Assembly: GCA_047285305.1 (NCBI GenBank)
Contig: JBJBDL010000003.1
Span: 1,760,001-1,824,000 of the forward strand
DNA length: 64,000 nucleotides
Direction of reading: 5' to 3'
From: Synechococcus sp.
Lineage (GTDB): Bacteria > Cyanobacteriota > Cyanobacteriia > PCC-6307 > Cyanobiaceae
Shown here: in pieces, positions 11,392-20,380 of the stretch
How positions within the stretch are numbered: the stretch's first letter is position 1
Layout of the letters: each line of letters begins with the position of its first letter
The notes under the pieces: model-generated
The model's input: the letters and a program-made list of their open reading frames with translations, nothing else
Told to the model about the DNA's origin: nothing
Databases searched by the model: none
Program-made: the position numbers and the translations under genes

Positions 11392-11586
11392 ATGAGCCGA
11401 TCAAGGTCGTTCAACCGCTTTCACCGCTACCTGGCGCGGCAGAAACGCCGCGGACTGCGGGCTGTCTTGCCCCAGTTCCCGGACGCCCGTGAGAATCAGC
11501 AAAGCCCAACCAACAGCAGCGATAGCGTGCTGCGTCGGCTGAGCTTGCGTGAAATGGAATTGGACCTGATGGAGGCCGAGGCCTGA
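11392..11586 (+). CDS. Hypothetical small protein
   Basis: 64-aa ORF preceded by a strong AAGGAGGT ribosome-binding site. Confidence 0.65.
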   Translation: MSRSRSFNRFHRYLARQKRRGLRAVLPQFPDARENQQSPTNSSDSVLRRLSLREMELDLMEAEA

Positions 11587-11589
11587 GCC

Positions 11590-11877
11590 TCAGCCGCGGT
11601 AACCGCCACCACCACCACGGGGGCCGCCGGAGCGCTCCCGAGGGGTGGCTTTGCTGACGCGGATCATGCGGCCCATCCACTCCACGTCCTGAAGATCGTC
11701 GATGGCCTTCTGCTCATCGGCATCGTTGACCATTTCAACGAAGGCGAAGCCGCGTTTGCGGCCGGTCTCACGATCCAGGGGCAGGCTGCAGTTCTTGACC
11801 TCGCCGTACTCACTGAAGAGATCGAAGAGGTGCTCCTGCTCCGCCTGGAACGAAAGATTGCCGATGTAGATGGTCAT
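11590..11877 (-). CDS. RRM RNA-binding protein (cyanobacterial Rbp family)
   Basis: RNP2 IYIGNL, RNP1 RGFAFVEM and a Gly-rich tail. Confidence 0.95.
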   Translation of the reverse strand: MTIYIGNLSFQAEQEHLFDLFSEYGEVKNCSLPLDRETGRKRGFAFVEMVNDADEQKAIDDLQDVEWMGRMIRVSKATPRERSGGPRGGGGGYRG

Positions 11878-12074
11878 GGACCGTGGAACCGTTGAACGTG
11901 CTCAGTGGCTTGAGCCGGTTCCGAAAGCTCGGAAAGGACCAGTGCTCAAGCTTGAACCCGATGACGTTACAGGGCAGACGCACGAATCAACACAAAAAAA
12001 AGGAGCAATTGCGAAGACTCACCCGCAACCGAGCCATCAACTCCATTGTCAGAAGACCCTGACGCAGGAGAGAG

Positions 12075-12269
12075 ATGACATTCGACAACCTTTGCTTCCA
12101 AGCCCTGGCCTGGACCACCGAAGGAGAACTGGATCCGCTGGACAAGCTTGTGCTGCTCAACAACTTGATCCGGCAGGCCACTCCCAGTGAGCAGGTCGAG
12201 TTGATTCAGGTGGTGGAGAAATTGGCCCTGCTTCAGCCGGAGGCCACCGTGCAGGTAAGCCAACTCTGA
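12075..12269 (+). CDS. Hypothetical small protein
   Basis: 64-aa ORF with an AGGAG ribosome-binding site. Confidence 0.55.
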   Translation: MTFDNLCFQALAWTTEGELDPLDKLVLLNNLIRQATPSEQVELIQVVEKLALLQPEATVQVSQL

Positions 12270-12289
12270 CCTTGCATGATCCCCGGGGA

Positions 12290-12541
12290 TCAGAGGCCGT
12301 AGGTCTCGGCAGCTTTGGCCTTGCAAATGGCCTGGGCCGTCTGGATCACCGCCACGTTCTGCACCTCGGCCAGAAAGCAACGGCAGGTGTCATCCACCAT
12401 TCCCTCAGGAGGAACGGTCCCAGCCCTCTGCAGTTCGGCCTTGACGGCCGTTCTGCAGAACTGAGTGATCAGGCTGTTGTCCGAGGCTGAAGCAGCCAGG
12501 GGAGCCGACATCAGACCAAATGCCAACAGCGCACGCATCAA
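12290..12541 (-). CDS. Hypothetical secreted small protein with four Cys
   Basis: Signal-peptide-like N-terminus, C..CRC..C pattern, start overlaps the helicase stop. Confidence 0.65.
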   Translation of the reverse strand: MMRALLAFGLMSAPLAASASDNSLITQFCRTAVKAELQRAGTVPPEGMVDDTCRCFLAEVQNVAVIQTAQAICKAKAAETYGL

Positions 12542-14319
12542 GAGGCCTTGGTGATTTGTAGTTCGCGGTTCATCACGCGCAGGCGTTGAAGGCTGTTGAA
12601 CACATCCTCCGGCATGCCCTTGGGAAGATCCACCAGGCTGTGATTGTCAAAAATCTGGATGCGGCCGATCATCCGGCCCTGCAGACCGGTCTCGCCGGCG
12701 ATGGCGCCTACCAGGTTGCCCGGCTTGACACGATCGCGGTGACCGACCTCAACGCGGTAGCGCTGCATGTTCTCCTCAGGAGCCCGGGCCGGACGCTCGC
12801 GCCGCTCACGGCGGTCTCCTGAATGGCGATCGCGGTCGCGGTCGTTGCGACGGGTGTTCTGAATCCAGTCGTCGTCGCCCTTGCGCAGCAGCGCATCGGG
12901 GCCGATGGCCAGGTTGAGCGCCGCCATGGCCAGCTGCTCGGGGCTGAGCTCAAGCTCCGTGGCCACCCGCTGCATCAATTCCTGGAGCAGGGCCGCTTCA
13001 TCGACATCAGGGCGTTGGGATTGGGCCGCATCACTCAAACGCTTGCGCAGGCGGTCCAGCCGTCCCTGGTTGATGGCCGTGTTGCCGGGCACCTCCATAG
13101 CTTCGATCGGTTGACCCGTGGCCCGCTCGAGGTTGCGGATGAAACGGCGTTCCCGTGGGGTCACGAATAGAACCGCTTCTCCGGTGCGTCCAGCCCGGCC
13201 CGTCCGGCCGATGCGGTGAACGTAGGCCTCGCTGTCGAACGGCATGTCGTAGTTGATCACAAGGCCGATGCGCTCCACATCGAGACCCCGCGCTGCAACG
13301 TCAGTTGCCACAAGGATGTCGACCGATCCACTGCGCAGCCGCTCAACGGTGCGTTCCCGTTGGTTCTGGGGAACGTCACCATTGAGAACCGCCACCTGAT
13401 GGCCACCAGCCTCAAGGGTTTCGGCCACAGTCAGGGTGATCGCCTTGGTGCGGGCGAAGATGATCACACCCTCGCCACCACAGGCGTCGAGAACCCGTTG
13501 CAGGGCCTCGAGCTTGTGCGGCATCGGCACCGTGATCGAACGCTGGCGGATCCGCTTGCCTTCCTGGTCCTTGGTGCGGATCGTGACCTCAGCCGGGTCC
13601 TTGAGATAACGCTTGGAGAGGCGACGGATCTCAGGAGGCATCGTCGCGGAGAACAGCACCACCTGGCGCTGCTCAGGAAGCTGATCGAGAATCCACTCCA
13701 CATCGTCGATGAAGCCCATGCGGAGCATTTCGTCCGCTTCGTCGAGCACCAGGCTGCGCAGACCGCTGGTGTCGAGCGTGCCCTGACGCATGTGGTCCAT
13801 CACCCGGCCGGGGGTGCCCACCACCACATCAACCCCGCGCCTGAGGGCACTGATCTGAGAGCGGAAATCCGTGCCGCCGTACACCGCCAGCACCTTCAGA
13901 TGGGGATGGCCGGCGGAATAGGCCTTGAACGACTCGGCCACCTGCATCGCGAGCTCCCTTGTGGGGGCGAGCACGAGGGCCTGGGGTGTTTTCTGTCCGC
14001 TCTCGAGACGCTCTAGCAACGGCAAGGCAAACGCTGCCGTTTTGCCGGTGCCGGTCTGGGCCTGACCCACCAGATCGCGGCCGAGCATTAGCTCGGGGAA
14101 GGCCGCCTTCTGAATGGGGGAAGGTTCGCTGTATCCCTTGTCAGCCAGGGTGCGTAGCAGGGCCTCACTGAAACCAAAACCTGCGAAACCGGATTCCGGT
14201 TCAGCCGATGTGATGGTGGTGGTGAACACCTCAGTATTGGAGTTGGATTCCGGCAATTCGGATGCAGAAAGATCGACTGCGCAGGCGGAATCATCGCGCT
14301 GCTGTTGCTGTTCAGTCAT
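12538..14319 (-). CDS. deaD: DEAD-box RNA helicase (DeaD/CsdA type)
   Basis: AQTGTGKT, PTRELA, DEAD, SAT and HRIGRTGR. C-terminal DbpA-type RNA-binding domain. Confidence 0.92.
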   Translation of the reverse strand: MTEQQQQRDDSACAVDLSASELPESNSNTEVFTTTITSAEPESGFAGFGFSEALLRTLADKGYSEPSPIQKAAFPELMLGRDLVGQAQTGTGKTAAFALPLLERLESGQKTPQALVLAPTRELAMQVAESFKAYSAGHPHLKVLAVYGGTDFRSQISALRRGVDVVVGTPGRVMDHMRQGTLDTSGLRSLVLDEADEMLRMGFIDDVEWILDQLPEQRQVVLFSATMPPEIRRLSKRYLKDPAEVTIRTKDQEGKRIRQRSITVPMPHKLEALQRVLDACGGEGVIIFARTKAITLTVAETLEAGGHQVAVLNGDVPQNQRERTVERLRSGSVDILVATDVAARGLDVERIGLVINYDMPFDSEAYVHRIGRTGRAGRTGEAVLFVTPRERRFIRNLERATGQPIEAMEVPGNTAINQGRLDRLRKRLSDAAQSQRPDVDEAALLQELMQRVATELELSPEQLAMAALNLAIGPDALLRKGDDDWIQNTRRNDRDRDRHSGDRRERRERPARAPEENMQRYRVEVGHRDRVKPGNLVGAIAGETGLQGRMIGRIQIFDNHSLVDLPKGMPEDVFNSLQRLRVMNRELQITKAS

Positions 14320-14423
14320 GAAAGGTGGCTTCGCCTGATTGATCTCTGAAATCAGGCTCACAACCTCCTTGCAACGTAAGAGTTGCGCTCTGGTTGTGTT
14401 GCCTACGCTTCAAAGGTTGAGGA

Positions 14424-14765
14424 TCAAGTTATCACCCGGCCGTAATCATCGTGCAGCCTTTCGATGTCGTCTTCCCGCAGATCATCACCGTGCTGAACTT
14501 CCAGAATCAGCAGATCTGAACCGTCTGCACGGGCGCGATGCACAGCGCCGCAGGGGATCGTGAACATGACGCCCGCGCTGGCGGGGTTCCAGGTCTCTTC
14601 GCAAAGCAGAGCCCCTGAGCCGGACAACACGGTCCAACTTTCACTGCGATGACGATGCCGCTGCAGCGACAACTGCTGCCCGGCACGAACCAGCAGCCGT
14701 TTGACCAAATAGTTGTCCCCCTGGGTCAACGTTTCGTACCAGCCCCAGGGTCGCTCAACCCGCAT
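14424..14765 (-). CDS. Cupin, mannose-6-phosphate isomerase type II C-terminal-like
   Basis: RPWGWY, LSLQRHRHRSESW, EVQHG and EDDIERL.DDYGR. Confidence 0.9.
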   Translation of the reverse strand: MRVERPWGWYETLTQGDNYLVKRLLVRAGQQLSLQRHRHRSESWTVLSGSGALLCEETWNPASAGVMFTIPCGAVHRARADGSDLLILEVQHGDDLREDDIERLHDDYGRVIT

Positions 14766-14778
14766 CAGTCCACCCGCG

Positions 14779-16359
14779 TCAGATCAGCGTCACCAGGTCA
14801 AGGCTGGCACGGGCACGCGTGATCGCTGTGTAAAGCAACCGGCGTTGATGTTCAGCAGCCGGGCCATCCTCGAGGGGGTCTGGCCAGAGCACGATCACCC
14901 GATCCGCCTCACTGCCCTGGGCCCGATGGATAGTGAGCGCAACCGCCGGCTCCAGACGCCGCAAACGGGCTGGATGCAAACGGCGCACCTGCAGCTGGCC
15001 GTCCGGATCCACCACCTGGAACAACAGGCGTCGTTCAGAGCCTGCCCCGATCACAACCCCGAGGTCACCATTGGCCAAGCCGAGATCCGGTTGGTTGCTG
15101 CCGCAGATCACCGGCAAGCCGATCGGCCAACGCTCGACCTTGCCAGCGGCATTGGCCCCCAGCAGCGTGCGGTGCACATCATCAAGACTCCACGCCCCCC
15201 GGCGGCGTGGACAGAGCAACAGGTCCTGCTCGAGCAGCGCAAACAAGGGACGGGACTCCGCCATCAGCTCCTGCTCGGTGCAGCGGTCAAGATCAACCGT
15301 CCGCGCCTGAAGCTGCTGGAGGCGAAGAATCCAGCGCTGGCGCACCAGGTCTGGAAAACGACGAAGGGGGCTGGGATGCACCTGAAGATTGGCCTGCTGA
15401 GGCAAGGCGGCCAGATCCGTTGCAAAGGCCTGCAGATCCCCCTGGCGCAACTTTTGCGCCACCTGCGCCAGGGCACCGCGGTTTCGGTAGGTGCGCTCCA
15501 GATGCACGGCGCCGGCACCGAAACGGCCGCGCACGTCCGGCTGCTGAAGCCGATGCCAGACCGCACCACTCCCCACTGGCGGCAGCTGAGCTGCATCCCC
15601 CACCAACAGCAACCGGCAACCGCTGGGCAACGCCTCCAGCAGAGCCTGGGTTAAGGCCAGATCCAGCATCGACATCTCGTCGATCACCAGCAGATCCAGC
15701 TCCAAGGGACGCTGGCGGTGCCTGCCGAAGCCACGGCTGCCGGCCTCCAACCAGCGGTGGAGGGTGCTGCAGGGCAACTGAGCCCGCTGCGCCATCACCG
15801 CTTCCCCCAGGCGACGGGCCGCCTTGCCGGTGGGGGCCGCCAAACCGATGCGCAGGCAGGGATGGCGGGCTTCCGCCCGGGCCAGAATCTCAACCACCGT
15901 GCTGGTTTTGCCTGTGCCCGGACCACCGCTGAGCAGCACAACCGAGGCCTGATCCAGGGCGCGCACGGCGGCGCACTGTTCAGCGTTGAGACGATCCGAC
16001 AGCTCTGGATCGGCAGCCTTGACGGGTTTGGGAAGCGGAGCATGGGCCCGCTCCACCAGCTCGGCCACCACCTGCTCCATGGCCTGCAACCAGCGGCGCC
16101 AGCCCAGCCGATCACCCTGAAGCAGCAGGGGGGATGCATCCCCCTCCAGCCAGCCACTGGCCTTGGCAACAGCCAGCCGCTCCGGCGTCAGCGCCACCGT
16201 CAACTCCCCCTGCTCCAAGGCCAGCACCAGATCGCGACTGAGCTCCTCCAAGGCGGGGCCATCAGCCTGGGGCGGGATCCGTCGCCGCAGGGCGGCATGG
16301 AGTCCGGCCGTGAAGCTGGAGGGCCAGGTGCTGGTTCCCGGGGGCAGCAGCCCCGTCAC
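14779..16359 (-). CDS. recD: Exodeoxyribonuclease V alpha subunit
   Basis: GGPGTGKT, AAPTGKAARRL, VIDEMSM, GDAAQLPPV, TIHRAQGSE and LLYTAITRA. Confidence 0.92.
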   Translation of the reverse strand: MTGLLPPGTSTWPSSFTAGLHAALRRRIPPQADGPALEELSRDLVLALEQGELTVALTPERLAVAKASGWLEGDASPLLLQGDRLGWRRWLQAMEQVVAELVERAHAPLPKPVKAADPELSDRLNAEQCAAVRALDQASVVLLSGGPGTGKTSTVVEILARAEARHPCLRIGLAAPTGKAARRLGEAVMAQRAQLPCSTLHRWLEAGSRGFGRHRQRPLELDLLVIDEMSMLDLALTQALLEALPSGCRLLLVGDAAQLPPVGSGAVWHRLQQPDVRGRFGAGAVHLERTYRNRGALAQVAQKLRQGDLQAFATDLAALPQQANLQVHPSPLRRFPDLVRQRWILRLQQLQARTVDLDRCTEQELMAESRPLFALLEQDLLLCPRRRGAWSLDDVHRTLLGANAAGKVERWPIGLPVICGSNQPDLGLANGDLGVVIGAGSERRLLFQVVDPDGQLQVRRLHPARLRRLEPAVALTIHRAQGSEADRVIVLWPDPLEDGPAAEHQRRLLYTAITRARASLDLVTLI

Positions 16360-19300
16360 GCCAGCACCTCCCCCAGGGCTCGATCCAGAGCCGCAATACG
16401 ATTGAGCGGCGCGGATTCAACGATGCGCCCCGGCCCGACAGCATCCTCTGGAGAGGCACTCACAGCTCCGGGCATCCCCCGCAGGAAGCAGTAGACGTAG
16501 CCCCCAAGATGCTGCTCAGGGTCGTAATCCGGCAGCCGCCAACGCAGATGGCGATGCAAAGCCACCAGGTAGAGGTGAGCTTGCAGGGGGTAGTGGTGGT
16601 GCAACATCTGCGCCTCCATCGCCTCCTGTGAGTAGTGATGGGGACCGCAAAGCCCCGGCTCAGCACTGGTGCGCCGTTCACCGATCCAATTGCTCTTCCA
16701 GTCGAGAACCCACCAGCTTTTGTGCTTGGGGTCCTGGAACACAAGATCGATGGAACCTGTGAGAAACCCGCGGCTGTTGATCGAGAGCGATGCCAGTGCC
16801 GGGATGTAGGTGCGGCCAAAACGGGCCTCGGCATCACAACCGAAGGCGGCCACCAGATCGGCCGTGCGCACGTGCTGCACCGGCAGATCAAAACTGAGTT
16901 CAGGCAGGCGATGGTGCGGCCCCAGCCGATCCAGCGATAACGCACCCAGCGGTCCCCCCAGGGGCGTCCGCAACACCTGCTCCAACCCCGTCAAAACATC
17001 GTTCTTAAGATCGGGATCAAGCCCGGCCCGGCGCAACTCGGCGGCGATCAGCTCGAGCCGATGGCGGGGCTCAGAGGCCTCCGCCGCAGAGAAGGGGAAC
17101 TGTTCGAGGATCCGGTGCAGACAGTCCCCGGCCCCTGCCCCGCGCGGAAAGGCCGCAAGCGGCCCCGTCTCGGACCATGCCGGTTCTGCCCTCGCCAACG
17201 TCGATTCCTCGGCGCCGGGATCGCGATCACGACCCTGTTCATGCAGCTGGACGTCGTCGGATGAGGCAATCCAGGCCGAGTAACTGGCCCGGCCCCAACT
17301 CCGGTCGATCCGCTTGGGGGTGGCACCAAGGGCCAACGGCTCGGCCAGCAGCGGAGACTGCCAACGCTTGCCGCTGGGCAGGCTCTCGGCCAGGCCATCG
17401 ATGCTGATCGCAACCTGTCGCTCCGCCAGGGCTTGGCTCAGCCGCTCATCGGTGAGGCTGTCGATCGCATCCCCAGCGGCCTCAGCACCGAACAACCAGG
17501 CGGGCAAGGGGGATTCCTCTTGGCCGTTGGCCCTGGCCCAGACCAGAACCAACTGGGATTGGGCTCGGGTCACCGCGACATAGGCCAGCCGCTCGGCCTC
17601 GGCCGCAGCCTCCTGCTGCGCCTGCTGCGCCGCCTGCCAGCCCTCCCCCCAGTGAACATCCAGCCGCACCAGGCACTCTCCGGAGCGGGGGTCAAGCCAG
17701 AGCGGACCGGACACAGCTGGGGGCGACTGCCAGAGGTAGGGGCAGATCACCACCGGATATTCCAGACCCTTGCTGCGGTGGACCGTGACCACGGCGATGG
17801 CGCTGTCGGCCTGATCGCTGTGGGGCTGGCGGGCATCTGGCACCGGCTGGCTGGAGTGCAACCGCTCCCTCCGCAGCCAATCCGCCGCGGTGGCCACATC
17901 AAGCCCCTGGCGGTGCATCGCCTCCTGCACAAGCCGCGCCGCCTGCTGCAGATCACTCAGCATCCGGCCCCGTTCCGACAGCCCTGCCATCTGTTCACCC
18001 TTGAGCAGATCGGCCAGCGCCCCGAGCAAGCCCAGTCGCGGCATCGCCTCAGCCAAACCGCGCAACTGCAGCGCCAGCTGATCCAATAGGGCCGGCTCCA
18101 AGGCACCGGGTGCGATGTTCATCAGTCCCGAGCAGGCCAGCAGACGCAAGCGAGCGTCATCGCCCGGTTCCGCCAGGGCATCGAGGAACCACTGCAACAG
18201 CAAGGCAGCTTCACTGTCGAGCACATCGCCCTGGGTAACCAGGCGGGTGGGGAGTCCGCAGACCCCAAGGGCGCGGCGCAGGTCTTCCGCCTGTTGATGA
18301 CGACTCACCAACACGCAGAGATCTGCGGGGGTGAGATCCTCCCGTTGCTGCAGTTGCTCCAGCACCATCGCGGCGAGCCGCTGGGGCAGCTCTGCTTCCA
18401 GGGCATTTCGGCTTGAGGGCTCCTCGGTGGAGAGCAGCAGCAATTGCAACGCCGGGGCATCCTGCGGTGGAGTGGCAGAGCTGCGGGGCTGCACCGCGGG
18501 CACAGGCAGTTCAGATCGAGGGAGACCCGGGGCCATCAAGCGGTTCAACCCCTCCATCAGCGGTGCCGTTGTGCGGAAGTTGTCGAGCAGGTGATCGATC
18601 CGCTCCACCTGATCCCGCGCTGCCATATAGGTGGCCAGGTCACCACCCCGGAAGCGGTAGATCGCCTGCTTGGGATCCCCGACCATCAGCAGAAGGTGGC
18701 GTTCACCACCACCGAAGGTGCGCTGCAACAAGCGCCACTGCACGGGGTCTGTGTCCTGAAACTCATCCACCATCACAGCCCGGTAGCGCTGTTGCAGAGG
18801 GGCAAGCCAACCAACGTCGCCATCTCCGGGGTCCATGGCAGCCAACAAGCCGCCAAAGGTGATCACCCCACGGCGGCGACGGCGGCGGTCCAGCTCCTGT
18901 AAGCCCCGTTCGAGCAGGTACTGCCAGGTACGCTCAATCGGTGCATCCCAGAGCGCCGCAACAGCGGCCTGTAGAGCCGGCGTCACCAGGCTGGGATCGG
19001 TCTCACCGCACTGGCGCGCGACCTTGCACCAACTACCGGGGTGGAAGTACTCCTTCAGCGGCTTCTCATGGGCGGCAATCTCAAGCAGTGAAGGAACTGC
19101 GGTCTGCCCATGCAGCCACTGGTTGATCTGCGCGCAGCGATCGCTCTTGGGCTTGGCCGAATAAGGGGTGGTGGTTCCACAGCCCTGGGCTTTCCACTGC
19201 TCGGCCGCCTGACGGAACCCGGCATCCAGGGAGGCATGGTCCCGCTGCCAGAGCGGCACGAAGTCGTCCCAAAGCTGCGCCAGCCAGTGCTCCAGCTGTG

Positions 19301-19964
19301 GGGCGAGGGGCTGGTCGAGATCGACCGCCCCATCAACGGCCCTGAACCGCGGCTGCTGTTCGCCATCGAGTTGCGCCAACCCCCTGCGCAGGGTCTGGGG
19401 CGAGAGGCCGCGTTGACGCAACGCCTTGAACTGATCCTGCGGCAGGCTGAGAAGCTCCTTTTGCCACAGGTCCTGAACCACCTCGGCCTGGAGCGCGGTG
19501 GCGTCGGTGTCCAGCTGAGGCTCCATCGCCGCAGCGTTGCTGAGGGCCAGACGGCGCAGACTGCGGCGGCAGAAGCCGTGGATGGTGGTGATATCGGCCC
19601 GGTCCAACTGCTCCAGGGCCACCAGCAAGCGCCGAAGCCACCGCTGACGTGCCTCCCCTGGCTCGGAACCCGCCAGCCAGTCCCCCAGTACAGGGTCTTG
19701 AGCGGAAGCCTCCATCCCCTGCTCCAGCTGCTCGAGACCCTGCAACGCCTGTTGCAGCCGCTGGCCGATGCGGGAGCGCAGCTCTTCGGCAGCCGCATCG
19801 GTGAAGGTCACAACCAACAACGCCTCGAGGGCGTGGTCGGCCTCCGTGATCAGCCGCAGGCAAAGATGCGCCAGAGCAAAGGTTTTGCCGGTGCCAGCGC
19901 TGGCCTCAAGCAGGCGGACCCCAGGGCCGAGGGGGTAGGTGTTGGCATCGAAGCGCTGGGCCAT
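16356..19964 (-). CDS. recB: Exodeoxyribonuclease V beta subunit
   Basis: EASAGTGKT, VDEFQDTD, GDPKQAIYRFRG and TVHRSKGLE. C-terminal nuclease GSIDL..DWKSN. Confidence 0.95.
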   Translation of the reverse strand: MAQRFDANTYPLGPGVRLLEASAGTGKTFALAHLCLRLITEADHALEALLVVTFTDAAAEELRSRIGQRLQQALQGLEQLEQGMEASAQDPVLGDWLAGSEPGEARQRWLRRLLVALEQLDRADITTIHGFCRRSLRRLALSNAAAMEPQLDTDATALQAEVVQDLWQKELLSLPQDQFKALRQRGLSPQTLRRGLAQLDGEQQPRFRAVDGAVDLDQPLAPQLEHWLAQLWDDFVPLWQRDHASLDAGFRQAAEQWKAQGCGTTTPYSAKPKSDRCAQINQWLHGQTAVPSLLEIAAHEKPLKEYFHPGSWCKVARQCGETDPSLVTPALQAAVAALWDAPIERTWQYLLERGLQELDRRRRRRGVITFGGLLAAMDPGDGDVGWLAPLQQRYRAVMVDEFQDTDPVQWRLLQRTFGGGERHLLLMVGDPKQAIYRFRGGDLATYMAARDQVERIDHLLDNFRTTAPLMEGLNRLMAPGLPRSELPVPAVQPRSSATPPQDAPALQLLLLSTEEPSSRNALEAELPQRLAAMVLEQLQQREDLTPADLCVLVSRHQQAEDLRRALGVCGLPTRLVTQGDVLDSEAALLLQWFLDALAEPGDDARLRLLACSGLMNIAPGALEPALLDQLALQLRGLAEAMPRLGLLGALADLLKGEQMAGLSERGRMLSDLQQAARLVQEAMHRQGLDVATAADWLRRERLHSSQPVPDARQPHSDQADSAIAVVTVHRSKGLEYPVVICPYLWQSPPAVSGPLWLDPRSGECLVRLDVHWGEGWQAAQQAQQEAAAEAERLAYVAVTRAQSQLVLVWARANGQEESPLPAWLFGAEAAGDAIDSLTDERLSQALAERQVAISIDGLAESLPSGKRWQSPLLAEPLALGATPKRIDRSWGRASYSAWIASSDDVQLHEQGRDRDPGAEESTLARAEPAWSETGPLAAFPRGAGAGDCLHRILEQFPFSAAEASEPRHRLELIAAELRRAGLDPDLKNDVLTGLEQVLRTPLGGPLGALSLDRLGPHHRLPELSFDLPVQHVRTADLVAAFGCDAEARFGRTYIPALASLSINSRGFLTGSIDLVFQDPKHKSWWVLDWKSNWIGERRTSAEPGLCGPHHYSQEAMEAQMLHHHYPLQAHLYLVALHRHLRWRLPDYDPEQHLGGYVYCFLRGMPGAVSASPEDAVGPGRIVESAPLNRIAALDRALGEVLA

Positions 19965-20079
19965 AGGTGGAGTCTGCTCAACATCAGCCTCAAAACCAGT
20001 GTTAACTTCTATGAAGCAGCTAGCGAATGCTGCGAACTGGACTGGGTGCGGTCACATCCCAGAAAAGAAGACGACCTGA

Positions 20080-20108
20080 GCGGGGGCCTAAGGAACCCTC
20101 GCTTTTTT
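20080..20108 (+). terminator. Intrinsic terminator-like hairpin
   Basis: agcggggg-cctaaggaa-ccctcgct followed by a T run. Confidence 0.55.
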
Positions 20109-20209
20109 ATGAACTTGTGAACGGATACAACCCAACCCTTGAGAGAACAGGGGCTTGTGCGGCTGCGAGGCCGTCAGGCCAACACGTTGGTAAAAGCCAC
20201 CGGCCTGTT

Positions 20210-20380
20210 GTGTCCCTAGAACGTCGTCAGAAATTGGCCCAGCTGCTGGTGCGCAAGGCCGCCGCTGTCGAAAGCATCAACCAGGAACATCGGGCCTACT
20301 TCTTCCGCCGTCAGGCCGGCGCGCCCATGGTGGTTTCCAACGAACGCATGCGTGAAATGCTCGACGAGCTGTTCGACTAA
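20210..20380 (+). CDS. Hypothetical small protein between recB and recC
   Basis: GTG-initiated 56-aa ORF SLERRQKLAQLL...MLDELFD with typical codon usage. Confidence 0.6.
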   Translation: MSLERRQKLAQLLVRKAAAVESINQEHRAYFFRRQAGAPMVVSNERMREMLDELFD

